DNA of 64,000 nucleotides from Escherichia coli (GTDB lineage Bacteria; Pseudomonadota; Gammaproteobacteria; Enterobacterales; Enterobacteriaceae): NCBI RefSeq assembly GCF_003334785.1, contig NZ_QOWV01000015.1; one strand, 5' to 3'. Shown piece by piece: positions 1 to 15,899 of this stretch (position 1 is its first letter; each line of letters starts with the position of its first letter). The notes under the pieces were generated by a model. It saw only the letters and a program-made list of their open reading frames with translations, ran no database searches and was not told where the DNA came from. The position numbers and the translations under genes were made by a program.

Positions 1-58
1 TGGTTGGCACAGGGCAACAGGGTAAATTAACGCTTTTACTGAAAGACGAAGAGTGATT

Positions 59-625
59 ATGGCGAACTGGCAATCTATCGACGAGCTGCAGGATATTGCA
101 TCGGATTTACCGCGATTTACCCACGCATTAGATGAACTTTCCCGCCGTCTGGGGTTGAATATCACTCCGCTGACTGCCGATCACATTTCTTTGCGTTGCC
201 ATCAAAACGCCACTGCTGAACGCTGGCGTCGCGGGTTTGAACAGTGTGGCGAGCTTTTGTCAGAAAATATGATCAATGGCAGACCGATTTGTCTGTTTAA
301 ATTGCATGAACCGGTACAGGTTGCGCACTGGCAGTTTTCTATTGTGGAGCTACCGTGGCCCGGGGAAAAACGTTACCCACACGAAGGTTGGGAACATATT
401 GAAATCGTTCTGCCGGGTGATCCAGAAACGCTGAATGCCCGTGCGCTGGCATTGCTTTCTGATGAAGGACTCAGCCTACCGGGGATCTCAGTGAAAACCA
501 GTTCGCCAAAAGGTGAGCATGAGCGATTACCGAATCCGACGCTGGCGGTCACCGATGGCAAAACAACTATTAAGTTTCATCCGTGGTCCATTGAAGAGAT
601 CGTTGCCAGCGAGCAGTCGGCGTAA
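59..625 (+). CDS. yecM: YecM, metal-binding protein of unknown function
   Basis: Track ORF 53-625; protein MANWQSIDELQDIASDL... recognised; start trimmed to Met3 for 188 aa; synteny next to cutC. Confidence 0.8.
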   Translation: MANWQSIDELQDIASDLPRFTHALDELSRRLGLNITPLTADHISLRCHQNATAERWRRGFEQCGELLSENMINGRPICLFKLHEPVQVAHWQFSIVELPWPGEKRYPHEGWEHIEIVLPGDPETLNARALALLSDEGLSLPGISVKTSSPKGEHERLPNPTLAVTDGKTTIKFHPWSIEEIVASEQSA

Positions 626-629
626 TTAA

Positions 630-1385
<756 letters not shown>

Positions 1386-1430
1386 TTTTTACCGTTGCAT
1401 CATGTCGCCCAATATGATGCTTGCTCGTAC

Positions 1431-1465
1431 CAGGCCCCTGCAATTTCAACAGGGGCCTTTTTTTA
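1431..1465 (+). terminator. intrinsic terminator downstream of cutC
   Basis: GC hairpin caggcccctg/caggggcct followed by T-run. Confidence 0.6.
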
Positions 1466-1772
1466 TCCCTGAGCAGTATAAAAAACGAACGATAACCGTG
1501 ATCTGTTGAGCGGGTGACAGTGCGCATAGCGTTGTGCTAAAAATATTTTTTATATTCACATTGATTATGGGATTTAAATTGCTAAAACTGATAAATATAT
1601 ATTCTAAATAGCAACTGGGTTATTCCTTAGCAATTAATGATTACATTGTAATAAATCATATTCTTTATCGATTATTTCAGGCAGTGTTGTGCCGAGTTAT
1701 GCAAGCGGTTAATTCGTTGTGTATTTAATTATACAATGATTTCGGTGTTCTGGAATTTATTTAGAGGAATCT

Positions 1773-2873
1773 ATGCGAGGGAAAAAACGCATTGGGTTAT
1801 TGTTTTTGCTGATAGCGGTTGTGGTTGGTGGCGGCGGGTTATTGCTGGCGCAAAAAGCCTTACATAAAACGTCGGATACAGCATTTTGCCTTTCCTGCCA
1901 CTCGATGAGTAAACCTTTTGAGGAATATCAGGGAACTGTCCACTTTTCGAACCAGAAAGGGATACGTGCGGAATGTGCCGATTGCCATATTCCAAAGTCA
2001 GGGATGGATTATTTATTTGCTAAATTAAAAGCATCTAAAGATATTTATCATGAATTTGTTAGCGGCAAAATAGACAGTGACGATAAGTTCGAAACTCATC
2101 GCCAGGAAATGGCCGAAACAGTATGGAAAGAATTAAAAGCAACTGACTCTGCAACGTGCCGTAGTTGCCATTCTTTTGATGCCATGGATATTGCCTCGCA
2201 AAGTGAATCTGCGCAGAAAATGCATAACAAAGCACAAAAGGGCGGCGAAACCTGTATCGATTGTCATAAAGGCATTGCCCATTTTCCGCCAGAAATAAAA
2301 ATGGATGACAACGCGGCGCATGAGCTGGAAAGTCAGACCGCTACTTCAGTGACTAATGGCGCACATATTTATCCTTTCAAAACTTCTCGCATAGGCGAGC
2401 TGGCTACCGTGAATCCTGGTACCGATCTCACCGTCGTTGATGCCAGTGGCAAACAGCCGATCGTTCTGTTGCAGGGTTATCAAATGCAGGGCAGTGAAAA
2501 CACGCTCTACCTGGCGGCAGGTCAACGGCTGGCGCTAGCCACATTAAGTGAAGAAGGTATCAAGGCGCTCACGGTAAACGGGGAATGGCAGGCTGACGAA
2601 TACGGCAATCAATGGCGTCAGGCGTCTTTACAGGGTGCGCTTACCGATCCCGCATTAGCGGACCGTAAACCGCTATGGCAATACGCTGAAAAACTTGACG
2701 ATACCTATTGCGCTGGTTGTCATGCCCCTATTGCCGCCGACCATTACACCGTCAATGCGTGGCCGTCCATTGCCAAAGGAATGGGGGCACGAACCAGCAT
2801 GAGCGAAAACGAACTGGACATTTTAACGCGGTATTTCCAGTACAACGCCAAAGATATTACCGAGAAACAGTGA
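1773..2873 (+). CDS. torY: TorY, membrane-anchored pentahaem c-type cytochrome (TorC homologue)
   Basis: 366-aa ORF with N-terminal TM segment and multiple CxxCH haem motifs (CLSCH, CADCH, CRSCH, CIDCH, CAGCH). Confidence 0.9.
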   Translation: MRGKKRIGLLFLLIAVVVGGGGLLLAQKALHKTSDTAFCLSCHSMSKPFEEYQGTVHFSNQKGIRAECADCHIPKSGMDYLFAKLKASKDIYHEFVSGKIDSDDKFETHRQEMAETVWKELKATDSATCRSCHSFDAMDIASQSESAQKMHNKAQKGGETCIDCHKGIAHFPPEIKMDDNAAHELESQTATSVTNGAHIYPFKTSRIGELATVNPGTDLTVVDASGKQPIVLLQGYQMQGSENTLYLAAGQRLALATLSEEGIKALTVNGEWQADEYGNQWRQASLQGALTDPALADRKPLWQYAEKLDDTYCAGCHAPIAADHYTVNAWPSIAKGMGARTSMSENELDILTRYFQYNAKDITEKQ

Positions 2874-2897
2874 TCCTCGTTGATCAGGGAGGAAGTT

Positions 2898-5327
2898 ATG
2901 ACATTAACAAGACGTGAATTTATTAAACACAGCGGTATTGCCGCTGGAGCGCTGGTGGTGACATCGGCAGCACCGCTACCCGCATGGGCAGAAGAGAAGG
3001 GCGGTAAAATCCTCACCGCGGGACGCTGGGGAGCGATGAACGTAGAAGTGAAGGACGGCAAGATTGTTTCTTCGACAGGCGCGCTGGCGAAAACCATACC
3101 GAACTCCTTACAGTCTACGGCGGCGGATCAGGTACACACCACGGCGCGTATTCAGCATCCGATGGTGAGAAAAAGCTATCTCGATAATCCACTGCAACCG
3201 GCGAAAGGTCGAGGCGAAGATACCTATGTACAGGTGAGCTGGGAACAAGCATTAAAACTGATTCATGAGCAACACGATCGTATTCGTAAAGCTAACGGAC
3301 CATCGGCCATTTTTGCCGGATCTTACGGCTGGCGCTCTTCTGGCGTGTTGCATAAAGCGCAAACCTTACTGCAACGTTATATGAACCTCGCGGGCGGTTA
3401 TTCCGGGCATAGCGGCGATTATTCAACCGGGGCAGCACAGGTGATCATGCCGCATGTGGTCGGTTCTGTAGAGGTGTATGAACAGCAGACCTCCTAGCCG
3501 CTGATTCTGGAAAACAGCCAGGTTGTGGTGCTGTGGGGGATGAACCCGCTGAATACCTTAAAAATTGCCTGGAGCAGTACCGATGAGCAAGGGCTGGAAT
3601 ACTTCCATCAGCTGAAAAAATCTGGCAAACCAGTGATTGCCATTGATCCTATCCGCTCCGAAACCATTGAGTTCTTTGGCGATAATGCCACCTGGATCGC
3701 GCCGAATATGGGCACCGACGTGGCACTGATGTTAGGGATTGCGCATACCCTGATGACACAAGGCAAACACGATAAAGTGTTCCTTGAAAAATACACCACC
3801 GGGTATCCGCAGTTTGAAGAATATCTGACAGGTAAGAGCGATAATACTCCGAAGAGCGCGGCCTGGGCGGCGGAAATTACTGGCGTACCGGAAGCGCAGA
3901 TAGTCAAACTCGCTGAACTGATGGCGGCGAATCGCACAATGCTGATGGCAGGCTGGGGAATTCAGCGCCAGCAATATGGTGAACAGAAACACTGGATGCT
4001 GGTGACGCTGGCGGCGATGTTAGGGCAGATTGGTACACCGGGCGGCGGTTTTGGTTTCTCTTATCATTACTCCAATGGTGGCAACCCGACACGTGTTGGC
4101 GGCGTGCTGCCGGAAATGTCTGCGGCGATTGCCGGACAGGCCAGCGAGGCCGCTGATGATGGCGGAATGACGGCGATTCCTGTTGCCCGTATCGTCGATG
4201 CGCTGGAAAATCCTGGCGGCAAATATCAGCATAACGGTAAAGAGCAAACGTATCCGAATATCAAAATGATCTGGTGGGCGGGTGGCGGTAACTTTACCCA
4301 TCACCAGGATACTAATCGTCTGATTAAAGCATGGCAGAAACCGGAGATGATCGTCGTTTCTGAATGCTACTGGACCGCAGCTGCTAAACATGCAGATATC
4401 GTATTACCGATCACCACATCGTTTGAGCGCAATGACTTAACGATGACCGGTGATTACAGCAACCAGCATATTGTGCCGATGAAGCAGGTTGTTGCTCCGC
4501 AATTTGAAGCGCGAAACGATTTTGATGTGTTTGCCGATCTTGCGGAATTACTCAAACCTGGCGGAAAAGAGATCTATACCGAAGGTAAAGATGAAATGGC
4601 GTGGCTGAAATTTTTCTATGATGCCGCTCAGAAAGGTGCCCGTGCGCAACGCGTGACTATGCCGATGTTTAATGCCTTCTGGCAGCAAAATAAACTGATC
4701 GAAATGCGCCGCAGCGAGAAGAACGAACAGTACGTTCGTTATGGTGATTTCCGCGCCGATCCGGTGAAAAATGCGCTGGGTACGCCAAGCGGCAAAATTG
4801 AGATTTACTCCAAAACGCTGGAAAAATTTGGCTATAAGGATTGCCCGGCACACCCAACCTGGCTTGCGCCTGATGAGTGGAAGGGTACCGCCGACGAGAA
4901 GCAGTTGCAGCTTCTGACCGCACATCCGGCACACCGTTTACATAGTCAGCTTAACTATGCGGAACTGCGTAAAAAATATGCGGTTGCAGATCGTGAACCA
5001 ATCACTATTCACACCGAAGATGCTGCTCGCTTTGGTATTGCGAATGGTGATCTGGTGCGTGTGTGGAACAAACGTGGTCAGATTCTGACAGGCGCGGTGG
5101 TGACTGACGGGATCAAAAAAGGCGTGGTATGCGTGCATGAAGGTGCATGGCCAGATCTGGAAAATGGCTTGTGTAAAAACGGCAGTGCGAACGTGTTAAC
5201 GGCGGATATCCCCAGCTCGCAGCTGGCAAATGCCTGTGCCAGTAACTCTGCGCTGGTGTATATCGAAAAATATACGGGCAATGCGCCGAAGTTAACGGCG
5301 TTTGATCAGCCAGCTATTCAGGCATAA
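2898..5327 (+). pseudogene. torZ: TorZ, TMAO/N-oxide reductase III catalytic subunit (molybdopterin), interrupted by in-frame amber TAG at 3495-3497
   Basis: Track ORFs 2880-3497 and 3525-5327 are the same frame; Tat signal [17 protein letters not shown]; sequence ...EQQTS*PLILENS... where TorA-family proteins have EQQTSWP. Confidence 0.8.
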
Positions 5328-5371
5328 GAAGTGAATAGCGCCCGGAAACGGGCGCTGAGGTTATGCAAACG

Positions 5372-5475
5372 TAAAGCTGCCTGATGCGCTATGCTTATCA
5401 GGCCTACATAGTCCCTGCAATATATTGAATTAGCAAGGTTTTGTAGGCCGGATAAGGCGTTCACGCCGCATCCGG
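5372..5475. repeat. REP (repetitive extragenic palindromic) elements between torZ and cmoB
   Basis: gcctgatgcgctatgcttatcaggcctac and gtaggccggataaggcg...cgccgcatccggca REP-type palindromes. Confidence 0.7.
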
Positions 5476-5491
5476 CAGTAATACCAGACCT

Positions 5492-7639
<2,148 letters not shown>

Positions 7640-7691
7640 ACAAACTCCCTTTAAAATGGCCGATTGCACCTGTCTATGATAGGTGGCAAAT

Positions 7692-8510
7692 TCAGAAAAG
7701 AGAAGATTGCTGTGGAATAGCCGGAACTGCTCCGATCTCTGGAAGCGTTTTACGTAAGTCTTCCCACAGGGTATGTACCAGTTCCGGGGCCTGGGCAATA
7801 TCTGGCGTATGTAAAAAAAGATAAGGCGTAGTGGTCTGATGCCACTGCGCTAATTTCTGTAACCAGACCTGAAATAATTCCCGGTTTTGCGTCATATCAT
7901 CACTACCGATAAAACGGATCAGCGGATTTGTCGCCGTCAGTACAGCATGTACCGGAACTTTAGGTTTTTTTCGTTGAGCGTCGCGAATAGCTTCACTGTG
8001 TGGACATGCTGCATGAACCGGGCGGCTGTCTAAAATCACCCGATTAACGCCGCGCTGATGTAAACCGCGATTAAGCGTTTGTTCCTCTTCCCCTTTGGCG
8101 AAAAACTGTGGATGGCGGACTTCCACACCATAATTAAATTCGCCAGGGAGAGAATCGAGAAAATTCCAAAGCGCAGGCAGCTCCCGTGGGCCGAATGTGG
8201 CAGGCAGTTGCAGCCAGTATTGCCCAATGCGCGGAGCCAACGGTGACATGCGGGTCAAAAATTCAGTCACTAAATCATCGCAATGCCGTAATGCTGCCTG
8301 ATGCGAAATGGTCGCCGGAAACTTAAAACAGAAGCGGAAGTCATCTGTGGTCTGCTCACGCCAGCGCAGGACAACCTCGGGTTTCGGCAGGGCGTAAAGC
8401 GTGGTGTTGCCCTCCACGCAGTTAAAGTGGCGGGCATACTCTTCAAGGCTGGTGATCCCCAACCGCACCCATTTAGGATGCGACCATTGCGGTAGACCGA
8501 TGTAAATCAT
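7692..8510 (-). CDS. yecE: YecE, DUF72 family protein
   Basis: 272-aa [17 protein letters not shown]... recognised; synteny. Confidence 0.85.
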   Translation of the reverse strand: MIYIGLPQWSHPKWVRLGITSLEEYARHFNCVEGNTTLYALPKPEVVLRWREQTTDDFRFCFKFPATISHQAALRHCDDLVTEFLTRMSPLAPRIGQYWLQLPATFGPRELPALWNFLDSLPGEFNYGVEVRHPQFFAKGEEEQTLNRGLHQRGVNRVILDSRPVHAACPHSEAIRDAQRKKPKVPVHAVLTATNPLIRFIGSDDMTQNRELFQVWLQKLAQWHQTTTPYLFLHTPDIAQAPELVHTLWEDLRKTLPEIGAVPAIPQQSSLF

Positions 8511-9073
8511 AACGCGTGAAGGATCTCTTCCACACTGCGCACACGGGCGATGCGTGGGTAGATATGGTTGATGCTGTTATTGTGCTGCTCGGCGCTGGCG
8601 GCACTACAGGCGTCTTCGGCAATCACCAGATTAAAGCCAAGTTCCCAGGCATTGCGGGCGGTGGATTCAACACCGATATTGGTCGAGATCCCACATAACA
8701 CTATTGTATCGATACCTCGGCGGCGTAATTGCAACTCCAGATCCGTACCGTAAAACGCACCCCACTGACGTTTGATGATTTCGATATCACTGTCAGTTGC
8801 ACCTAATGCAGCTGGATGTTGCCACCAGTTTTCGGGCAACACTTTAGCGGGGGAGGGGGCATCAACCGGCTGTTTTAATGCTTCGGCGTAATCGGCAGAC
8901 CAGCCAACGCGCACCAGAAACACGGGCTGACCGCTGGCGCGAAATTTCGCCGCCAGCTTCCCGGCGCGATTAACTACCTCATCGGCAGTATGTGGACCAC
9001 CGGCAAAAGGTAAGATGCCTTCTTGTAAATCGATCACCACCAACGCAGTGGTTTTAGCATTAAGTTCAAGCAT
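8507..9073 (-). CDS. yecD: YecD, isochorismatase-family hydrolase
   Basis: Track ORF trimmed to [17 protein letters not shown]... (188 aa); 4-bp overlap with yecE. Confidence 0.8.
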   Translation of the reverse strand: MLELNAKTTALVVIDLQEGILPFAGGPHTADEVVNRAGKLAAKFRASGQPVFLVRVGWSADYAEALKQPVDAPSPAKVLPENWWQHPAALGATDSDIEIIKRQWGAFYGTDLELQLRRRGIDTIVLCGISTNIGVESTARNAWELGFNLVIAEDACSAASAEQHNNSINHIYPRIARVRSVEEILHAL

Positions 9074-9382
9074 GCTGACTCCTGAAAAAACAAAATCGTG
9101 CCTCACACCTTAATGCGATTAGCCGATGGCGGAACGACAAATTTTGTTAATTTTTATGAGTTCGGGCAACACCTTTATAGCAAACTGGCGTAGAGTCTGA
9201 TTTCAGGCCCGATATAAAGTGGTAACGAGGCGTTCCAGCGCGGGCCAGGCTCTTACGGTGCGGCAGAATTTCCAGTATAATAGCCGCCTTTTTTCATTCA
9301 GTTGTGACATACAGCTAACGCTGCGACTTGGTCACCTGCGCAGCAGGGGGCATCCGCCGGCAGCTAAGTTAAGGGATATCTC

Positions 9383-11155
9383 ATGCGTACAGAATATTGT
9401 GGACAGCTCCGTTTGTCCCACGTGGGGCAGCAGGTGACTCTGTGTGGTTGGGTCAACCGTCGTCGTGATCTTGGTAGCCTGATCTTCATCGATATGCGCG
9501 ACCGCGAAGGTATCGTGCAGGTATTTTTCGATCCGGATCGTGCGGACGCGTTAAAGCTGGCCTCTGAACTGCGTAATGAGTTCTGCATTCAGGTCACGGG
9601 CACCGTACGTGCGCGTGACGAAAAAAATATTAACCGCGATATGGCGACCGGCGAAATCGAAGTGCTGGCGTCCTCGCTGACTATCATCAACCGCGCAGAT
9701 GTTCTGCCGCTTGACTCTAACCACGTCAACACCGAAGAAGCGCGTCTGAAATACCGCTACCTCGACCTGCGTCGCCCGGAAATGGCTCAGCGCCTGAAAA
9801 CCCGCGCTAAAATCACCAGCCTGGTGCGCCGTTTTATGGATGACCACGGCTTCCTCGACATCGAAACTCCGATGCTGACCAAAGCCACGCCGGAAGGCGC
9901 GCGTGACTACCTGGTGCCTTCTCGTGTGCACAAAGGTAAATTCTACGCGCTGCCACAATCCCCGCAGTTGTTCAAACAGCTGCTGATGATGTCCGGCTTT
10001 GACCGCTACTATCAGATCGTTAAATGCTTCCGTGACGAAGACCTGCGCGCTGATCGTCAGCCTGAATTTACTCAGATCGATGTGGAAACTTCTTTCATGA
10101 CCGCGCCGCAAGTGCGTGAAGTGATGGAAGCGCTGGTGCGTCATTTGTGGCTGGAAGTGAAGGGCGTGGATCTGGGCGATTTCCCGGTAATGACCTTTGC
10201 GGAAGCAGAACGCCGTTATGGTTCTGATAAACCGGATCTGCGTAACCCGATGGAACTGACCGACGTTGCCGATCTGCTGAAATCTGTTGAGTTTGCAGTA
10301 TTTGCGGGGCCGGCGAACGATCCGAAAGGCCGTGTTGCCGCTCTACGTGTTCCGGGTGGCGCATCGCTGACCCGTAAGCAGATCGACGAATACGGTAACT
10401 TCGTTAAAATCTACGGCGCGAAAGGTCTGGCTTACATCAAAGTTAACGAACGCGCGAAAGGTCTGGAAGGTATCAACAGCCCGGTAGCGAAGTTCCTTAA
10501 TGCAGAAATCATCGAAGCCATCCTGGATCGTACTGCCGCGCAAGATGGCGATATGATTTTCTTCGGTGCCGACAACAAGAAAATTGTTGCCGACGCGATG
10601 GGCGCACTGCGCCTGAAAGTGGGTAAAGACCTTGGTCTGACCGACGAAAGCAAATGGGCACCGCTGTGGGTTATCGACTTCCCGATGTTTGAAGACGACG
10701 GTGAAGGCGGCCTGACGGCAATGCACCATCCGTTCACCTCACCGAAAGACATGACTGCTGCAGAACTGAAAGCTGCACCGGAAAATGCGGTGGCGAACGC
10801 TTACGATATGGTCATCAATGGTTACGAAGTGGGCGGTGGTTCAGTACGTATCCATAATGGTGATATGCAGCAGACGGTGTTTGGTATTCTGGGTATCAAC
10901 GAAGAGGAACAGCGCGAGAAATTCGGCTTCCTGCTCGACGCCCTGAAATACGGTACTCCGCCGCACGCAGGTCTGGCATTCGGTCTTGACCGTCTGACCA
11001 TGCTGCTGACTGGCACCGACAATATCCGTGACGTTATCGCCTTCCCGAAAACCACGGCGGCAGCGTGTCTGATGACTGAAGCACCGAGCTTTGCTAACCC
11101 GACTGCACTGGCTGAGCTGAGCATTCAGGTTGTGAAGAAGGCTGAGAATAACTGA
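9383..11155 (+). CDS. aspS: aspartate--tRNA ligase
   Basis: 590-aa [34 protein letters not shown]... with class II aaRS motifs. Confidence 0.95.
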
Positions 11156-11272
11156 TATGACTCAAATACACGAAATCATTCGCGTTGCATCAAGGCGGCA
11201 ACTGAGTGAACTCCCATGAGCATAGATAACTATGTGAATGGGATGAGCGAAGGCAGTCAACGAAGAGGCAGC

Positions 11273-11725
11273 GTGAAGGATAAAGTGTATAAGCGTCCCG
11301 TTTCGATCTTAGTGGTCATCTACGCACAAGATACGAAACGGGTGCTGATGTTGCAGCGGCGTGATGACCCCGATTTCTGGCAGTCGGTAACCGGCAGCGT
11401 GGAAGAGGGTGAAACCGCGCCGCAAGCTGCCATGCGCGAAGTAAAGGAAGAGGTCACCATTGATGTTGTCGCTGAACAACTGACCTTAATTGACTGTCAG
11501 CGCACGGTAGAGTTTGAAATTTTTTCACATTTACGTCATCGCTATGCGCCGGGCGTGACGCGTAATACGGAATCATGGTTCTGTCTTGCGCTCCCGCACG
11601 AACGCCAGGTAGTCTTCACTGAACATCTGGCTTACAAGTGGCTTGATGCGCCTGCTGCCGCGGCGCTCACTAAGTCCTGGAGCAACCGGCAGGCGATTGA
11701 ACAGTTTGTAATTAACGCTGCCTGA
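11273..11725 (+). CDS. nudB: dihydroneopterin triphosphate diphosphatase (Nudix)
   Basis: Nudix box [21 protein letters not shown]; start set at in-frame GTG for 150 aa (track ORF begins further upstream). Confidence 0.8.
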
Positions 11726-11753
11726 ACAGGCAGGGCTATCTGGAGATATTTTT

Positions 11754-12494
11754 ATGGCAGGTCATAGTAAATGGGCCAACACCAGACATCGTAAAGCTGC
11801 GCAGGATGCTAAGCGCGGTAAAATCTTCACTAAAATCATTCGTGAGCTGGTAACCGCGGCTAAGCTGGGCGGTGGCGATCCGGACGCTAACCCGCGTCTG
11901 CGTGCAGCAATTGATAAAGCACTGTCTAACAACATGACCCGCGACACACTGAACCGCGCAATTGCACGTGGTGTGGGCGGTGATGATGATGCAAACATGG
12001 AAACCATCATCTACGAAGGTTACGGTCCTGGCGGCACGGCAATCATGATTGAATGTCTGTCTGACAACCGCAACCGTACCGTTGCTGAAGTGCGTCATGC
12101 ATTCAGCAAATGTGGCGGTAACCTCGGTACTGATGGTTCCGTAGCTTATCTGTTCAGCAAAAAAGGCGTGATCTCCTTCGAGAAAGGCGATGAAGACACC
12201 ATCATGGAAGCAGCACTGGAAGCAGGTGCTGAAGACGTTGTGACCTATGATGACGGCGCGATTGATGTCTACACTGCATGGGAAGAAATGGGTAAAGTGC
12301 GCGACGCTCTGGAAGCGGCAGGTCTGAAAGCAGACAGCGCGGAAGTTTCCATGATCCCGTCTACCAAAGCTGATATGGATGCAGAAACCGCACCGAAACT
12401 GATGCGTCTGATCGATATGCTGGAAGATTGCGACGACGTGCAGGAAGTTTACCATAACGGTGAAATCTCTGATGAGGTCGCAGCGACTCTCTGA
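11754..12494 (+). CDS. yebC: YebC/PmpR family transcriptional regulator
   Basis: 246-aa [30 protein letters not shown]...; synteny upstream of ruvC. Confidence 0.9.
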
Positions 12495-12528
12495 TGAGGC
12501 CTGCTAAACAGCAAAACGGAGACGCGTG

Positions 12529-13050
12529 ATGGCTATTATTCTCGGCATTGATCCGGGTTCGCGCGTGACCGGCTACGGCGTCATCCGCCAGGTAGGTAGG
12601 CAACTGTCCTACCTGGGTAGCGGATGCATACGCACCAAAGTGGATGATTTACCGTCTCGTCTGAAACTCATCTATGCGGGCGTGACGGAAATCATCACCC
12701 AGTTCCAGCCTGATTATTTCGCCATTGAACAAGTCTTTATGGCAAAGAACGCTGACTCAGCCCTGAAACTGGGCCAGGCGCGCGGCGTGGCGATTGTGGC
12801 GGCGGTGAATCAGGAGTTGCCGGTATTTGAATATGCTGCACGTCAGGTGAAGCAAACGGTGGTGGGTATTGGTAGCGCCGAAAAAAGCCAGGTGCAGCAT
12901 ATGGTCCGCACCTTGCTGAAACTGCCCGCTAATCCACAGGCGGATGCCGCTGATGCGTTGGCGATTGCCATCACCCACTGCCACGTTAGTCAGAATGCGA
13001 TGCAGATGAGCGAATCGCGGCTGAACCTGGCGAGAGGGCGACTGCGTTAA
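12529..13050 (+). CDS. ruvC: Holliday junction resolvase RuvC
   Basis: [18 protein letters not shown]... RNase H-like fold motif; 173 aa. Confidence 0.9.
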
Positions 13051-13051
13051 G

Positions 13052-13654
13052 TTATACCGCCTCGGTCAGTTCCGGCTGAGGCGTTTCCACTCCCTCCGCA
13101 TGAATCAACACCAAACCCGGATGATGCCACAAACTGGCTGGCGTAACGGTTTTACGCTCCCACGGAATAGAACCCAGGAACCAGAATTTCCAGAAAGTGA
13201 GTTTTGCATTCGGATTGCTATTTAACAATTCTCCAAACGTCTCTATTTCACCCACCGGAATACATAGCGCTTCTTTATAAATATCAAAAACAAATTTTGA
13301 ACAGAACTGGCGCGAAGATTCGTATTTAAAACCGGTGTGGTAAAGTTTGCGTAGCCGGGAGGGAACCTGTTCAACAATTCGTTGTTTTTGTTGTTCTGTC
13401 AGCCCAGCGTCTAATCGCTTTATAGCATAGCGTTGATTAGAAGAACGTTTAATAAAACGAGATAGCGTGGTGATGGTTGAAAGGGGGACCCGGCTTTCTG
13501 CAACCAGGAAGTCTTCACCGTTATGACCGATAATGATCCCGACGTGATTACTCCAACAATTTGATGCAGCTGATATTTGACCAAATAAGGCAGCACCTAT
13601 ACATGTAAAGGCGATATCTCCAATTTCATATTCAGCAGGGTAATTAATATTCAC
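13052..13654 (-). CDS. yebB: YebB, uncharacterised protein (putative NlpC/P60-like peptidase fold; fold assignment from memory)
   Basis: Track ORF 13052-13753; 200-aa form from in-frame GTG at 13654; AT-rich; start uncertain. Confidence 0.65.
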   Translation of the reverse strand: MNINYPAEYEIGDIAFTCIGAALFGQISAASNCWSNHVGIIIGHNGEDFLVAESRVPLSTITTLSRFIKRSSNQRYAIKRLDAGLTEQQKQRIVEQVPSRLRKLYHTGFKYESSRQFCSKFVFDIYKEALCIPVGEIETFGELLNSNPNAKLTFWKFWFLGSIPWERKTVTPASLWHHPGLVLIHAEGVETPQPELTEAV

Positions 13655-13859
13655 GTTGTCATTCCATTGAAATAGATACGAATATACGTAATAGCATAAA
13701 AAATTTATTTTTTCAGGAGGCGCAATGTATATTTTTATTACGCATTTTTTCACTGAATATGTAATATTAAAATATTTGCTTCCAAAATAACCTGTAGAAT
13801 AAATTATACTGTGCCATTTTTCAGATCATCGAGACACCTCGCAAGTTTTCTTCATCCTT

Positions 13860-13879
13860 CGCTGGATATCTATCCAGCA
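13860..13879 (+). promoter_or_regulatory. LexA (SOS) box in ruvAB promoter
   Basis: cgCTGGATATCTATCCAGca matches CTG-N10-CAG SOS box about 50 bp upstream of ruvA. Confidence 0.8.
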
Positions 13880-13928
13880 TTTTTTTATCATACAGCATTA
13901 TCTTTGATTCATTACGCAGGAGCGTCAT

Positions 13929-14540
13929 GTGATAGGCAGACTCAGAGGCATCATCATTGAAAAACAACCCCCGCTGGTGTTAATTGAAGTGGGCGGCGTA
14001 GGCTATGAAGTGCATATGCCGATGACCTGTTTTTATGAACTCCCTGAAGCGGGACAGGAAGCGATCGTTTTCACCCACTTTGTGGTGCGTGAAGACGCGC
14101 AGCTGCTGTACGGTTTTAACAATAAACAAGAGCGCACGTTGTTCAAAGAGTTGATCAAAACCAACGGCGTCGGCCCGAAGTTGGCGCTGGCGATCCTCTC
14201 CGGAATGTCAGCGCAGCAGTTCGTTAATGCCGTTGAGCGTGAAGAAGTGGGGGCGCTGGTGAAACTGCCGGGTATTGGCAAAAAAACCGCCGAACGCTTG
14301 ATTGTTGAAATGAAAGACCGATTTAAAGGTCTGCATGGCGATCTCTTTACGCCAGCCGCCGACCTGGTACTCACATCACCTGCCAGCCCGGCAACCGACG
14401 ATGCTGAACAGGAAGCGGTTGCCGCGCTGGTGGCGCTGGGCTATAAACCACAAGAAGCAAGCCGCATGGTGAGCAAAATCGCTCGCCCTGACGCCAGCAG
14501 TGAAACATTAATTCGCGAAGCCCTACGCGCCGCGTTATGA
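13929..14540 (+). CDS. ruvA: Holliday junction branch migration protein RuvA
   Basis: 203-aa ORF (GTG start) [28 protein letters not shown]... Confidence 0.9.
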   Translation: MIGRLRGIIIEKQPPLVLIEVGGVGYEVHMPMTCFYELPEAGQEAIVFTHFVVREDAQLLYGFNNKQERTLFKELIKTNGVGPKLALAILSGMSAQQFVNAVEREEVGALVKLPGIGKKTAERLIVEMKDRFKGLHGDLFTPAADLVLTSPASPATDDAEQEAVAALVALGYKPQEASRMVSKIARPDASSETLIREALRAAL

Positions 14541-14545
14541 GGTAA

Positions 14546-15559
<1,014 letters not shown>

Positions 15560-15899
15560 GTCGGATTGGTCGCTCGCACCGCATCCGAAATTGGCAGTGT
15601 GCCTGATGCGACGCTATTCGCGTCTTATCCGGCCTACCAGAGATAGCGAACCGTAGCTCGGATAAGGCGCTCGCGACGCATCCGACATTGGCAGTGTGCC
15701 TGATGCGACGCTATTCGCGTCTTATCCGGCCTACGAGAGATAGCGAACCGTAGGTCAGATAAGGCGCTCGCACCGCATCCGACATTGGCAGTGTGCCTGA
15801 TGCGACGCTGTTCGCGTCTTATCAGGCCAGCCAGAGATAGCGAACCGTAGGTCGGATAAGGCGCTCGCGCCGCATCCGACAAATGTGTTCAGCGATAGA
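15560..15899. repeat. BIME/REP cluster: about four tandem REP-type units between ruvB and znuB
   Basis: Repeated unit gcctgatgcgacgctattcgcgtcttatccggcctac... / gataaggcgctcgc..cgcatccgacattggcagtg seen about four times. Confidence 0.85.

Noticed and set aside
3495-3497. torZ TAG as a programmed recoding event (selenocysteine or pyrrolysine)
   Set aside because: Selenocysteine uses UGA with a SECIS element, not UAG; E. coli has no pyrrolysine machinery; the homologous position is Trp, so a simple nonsense change or sequencing error is more parsimonious.
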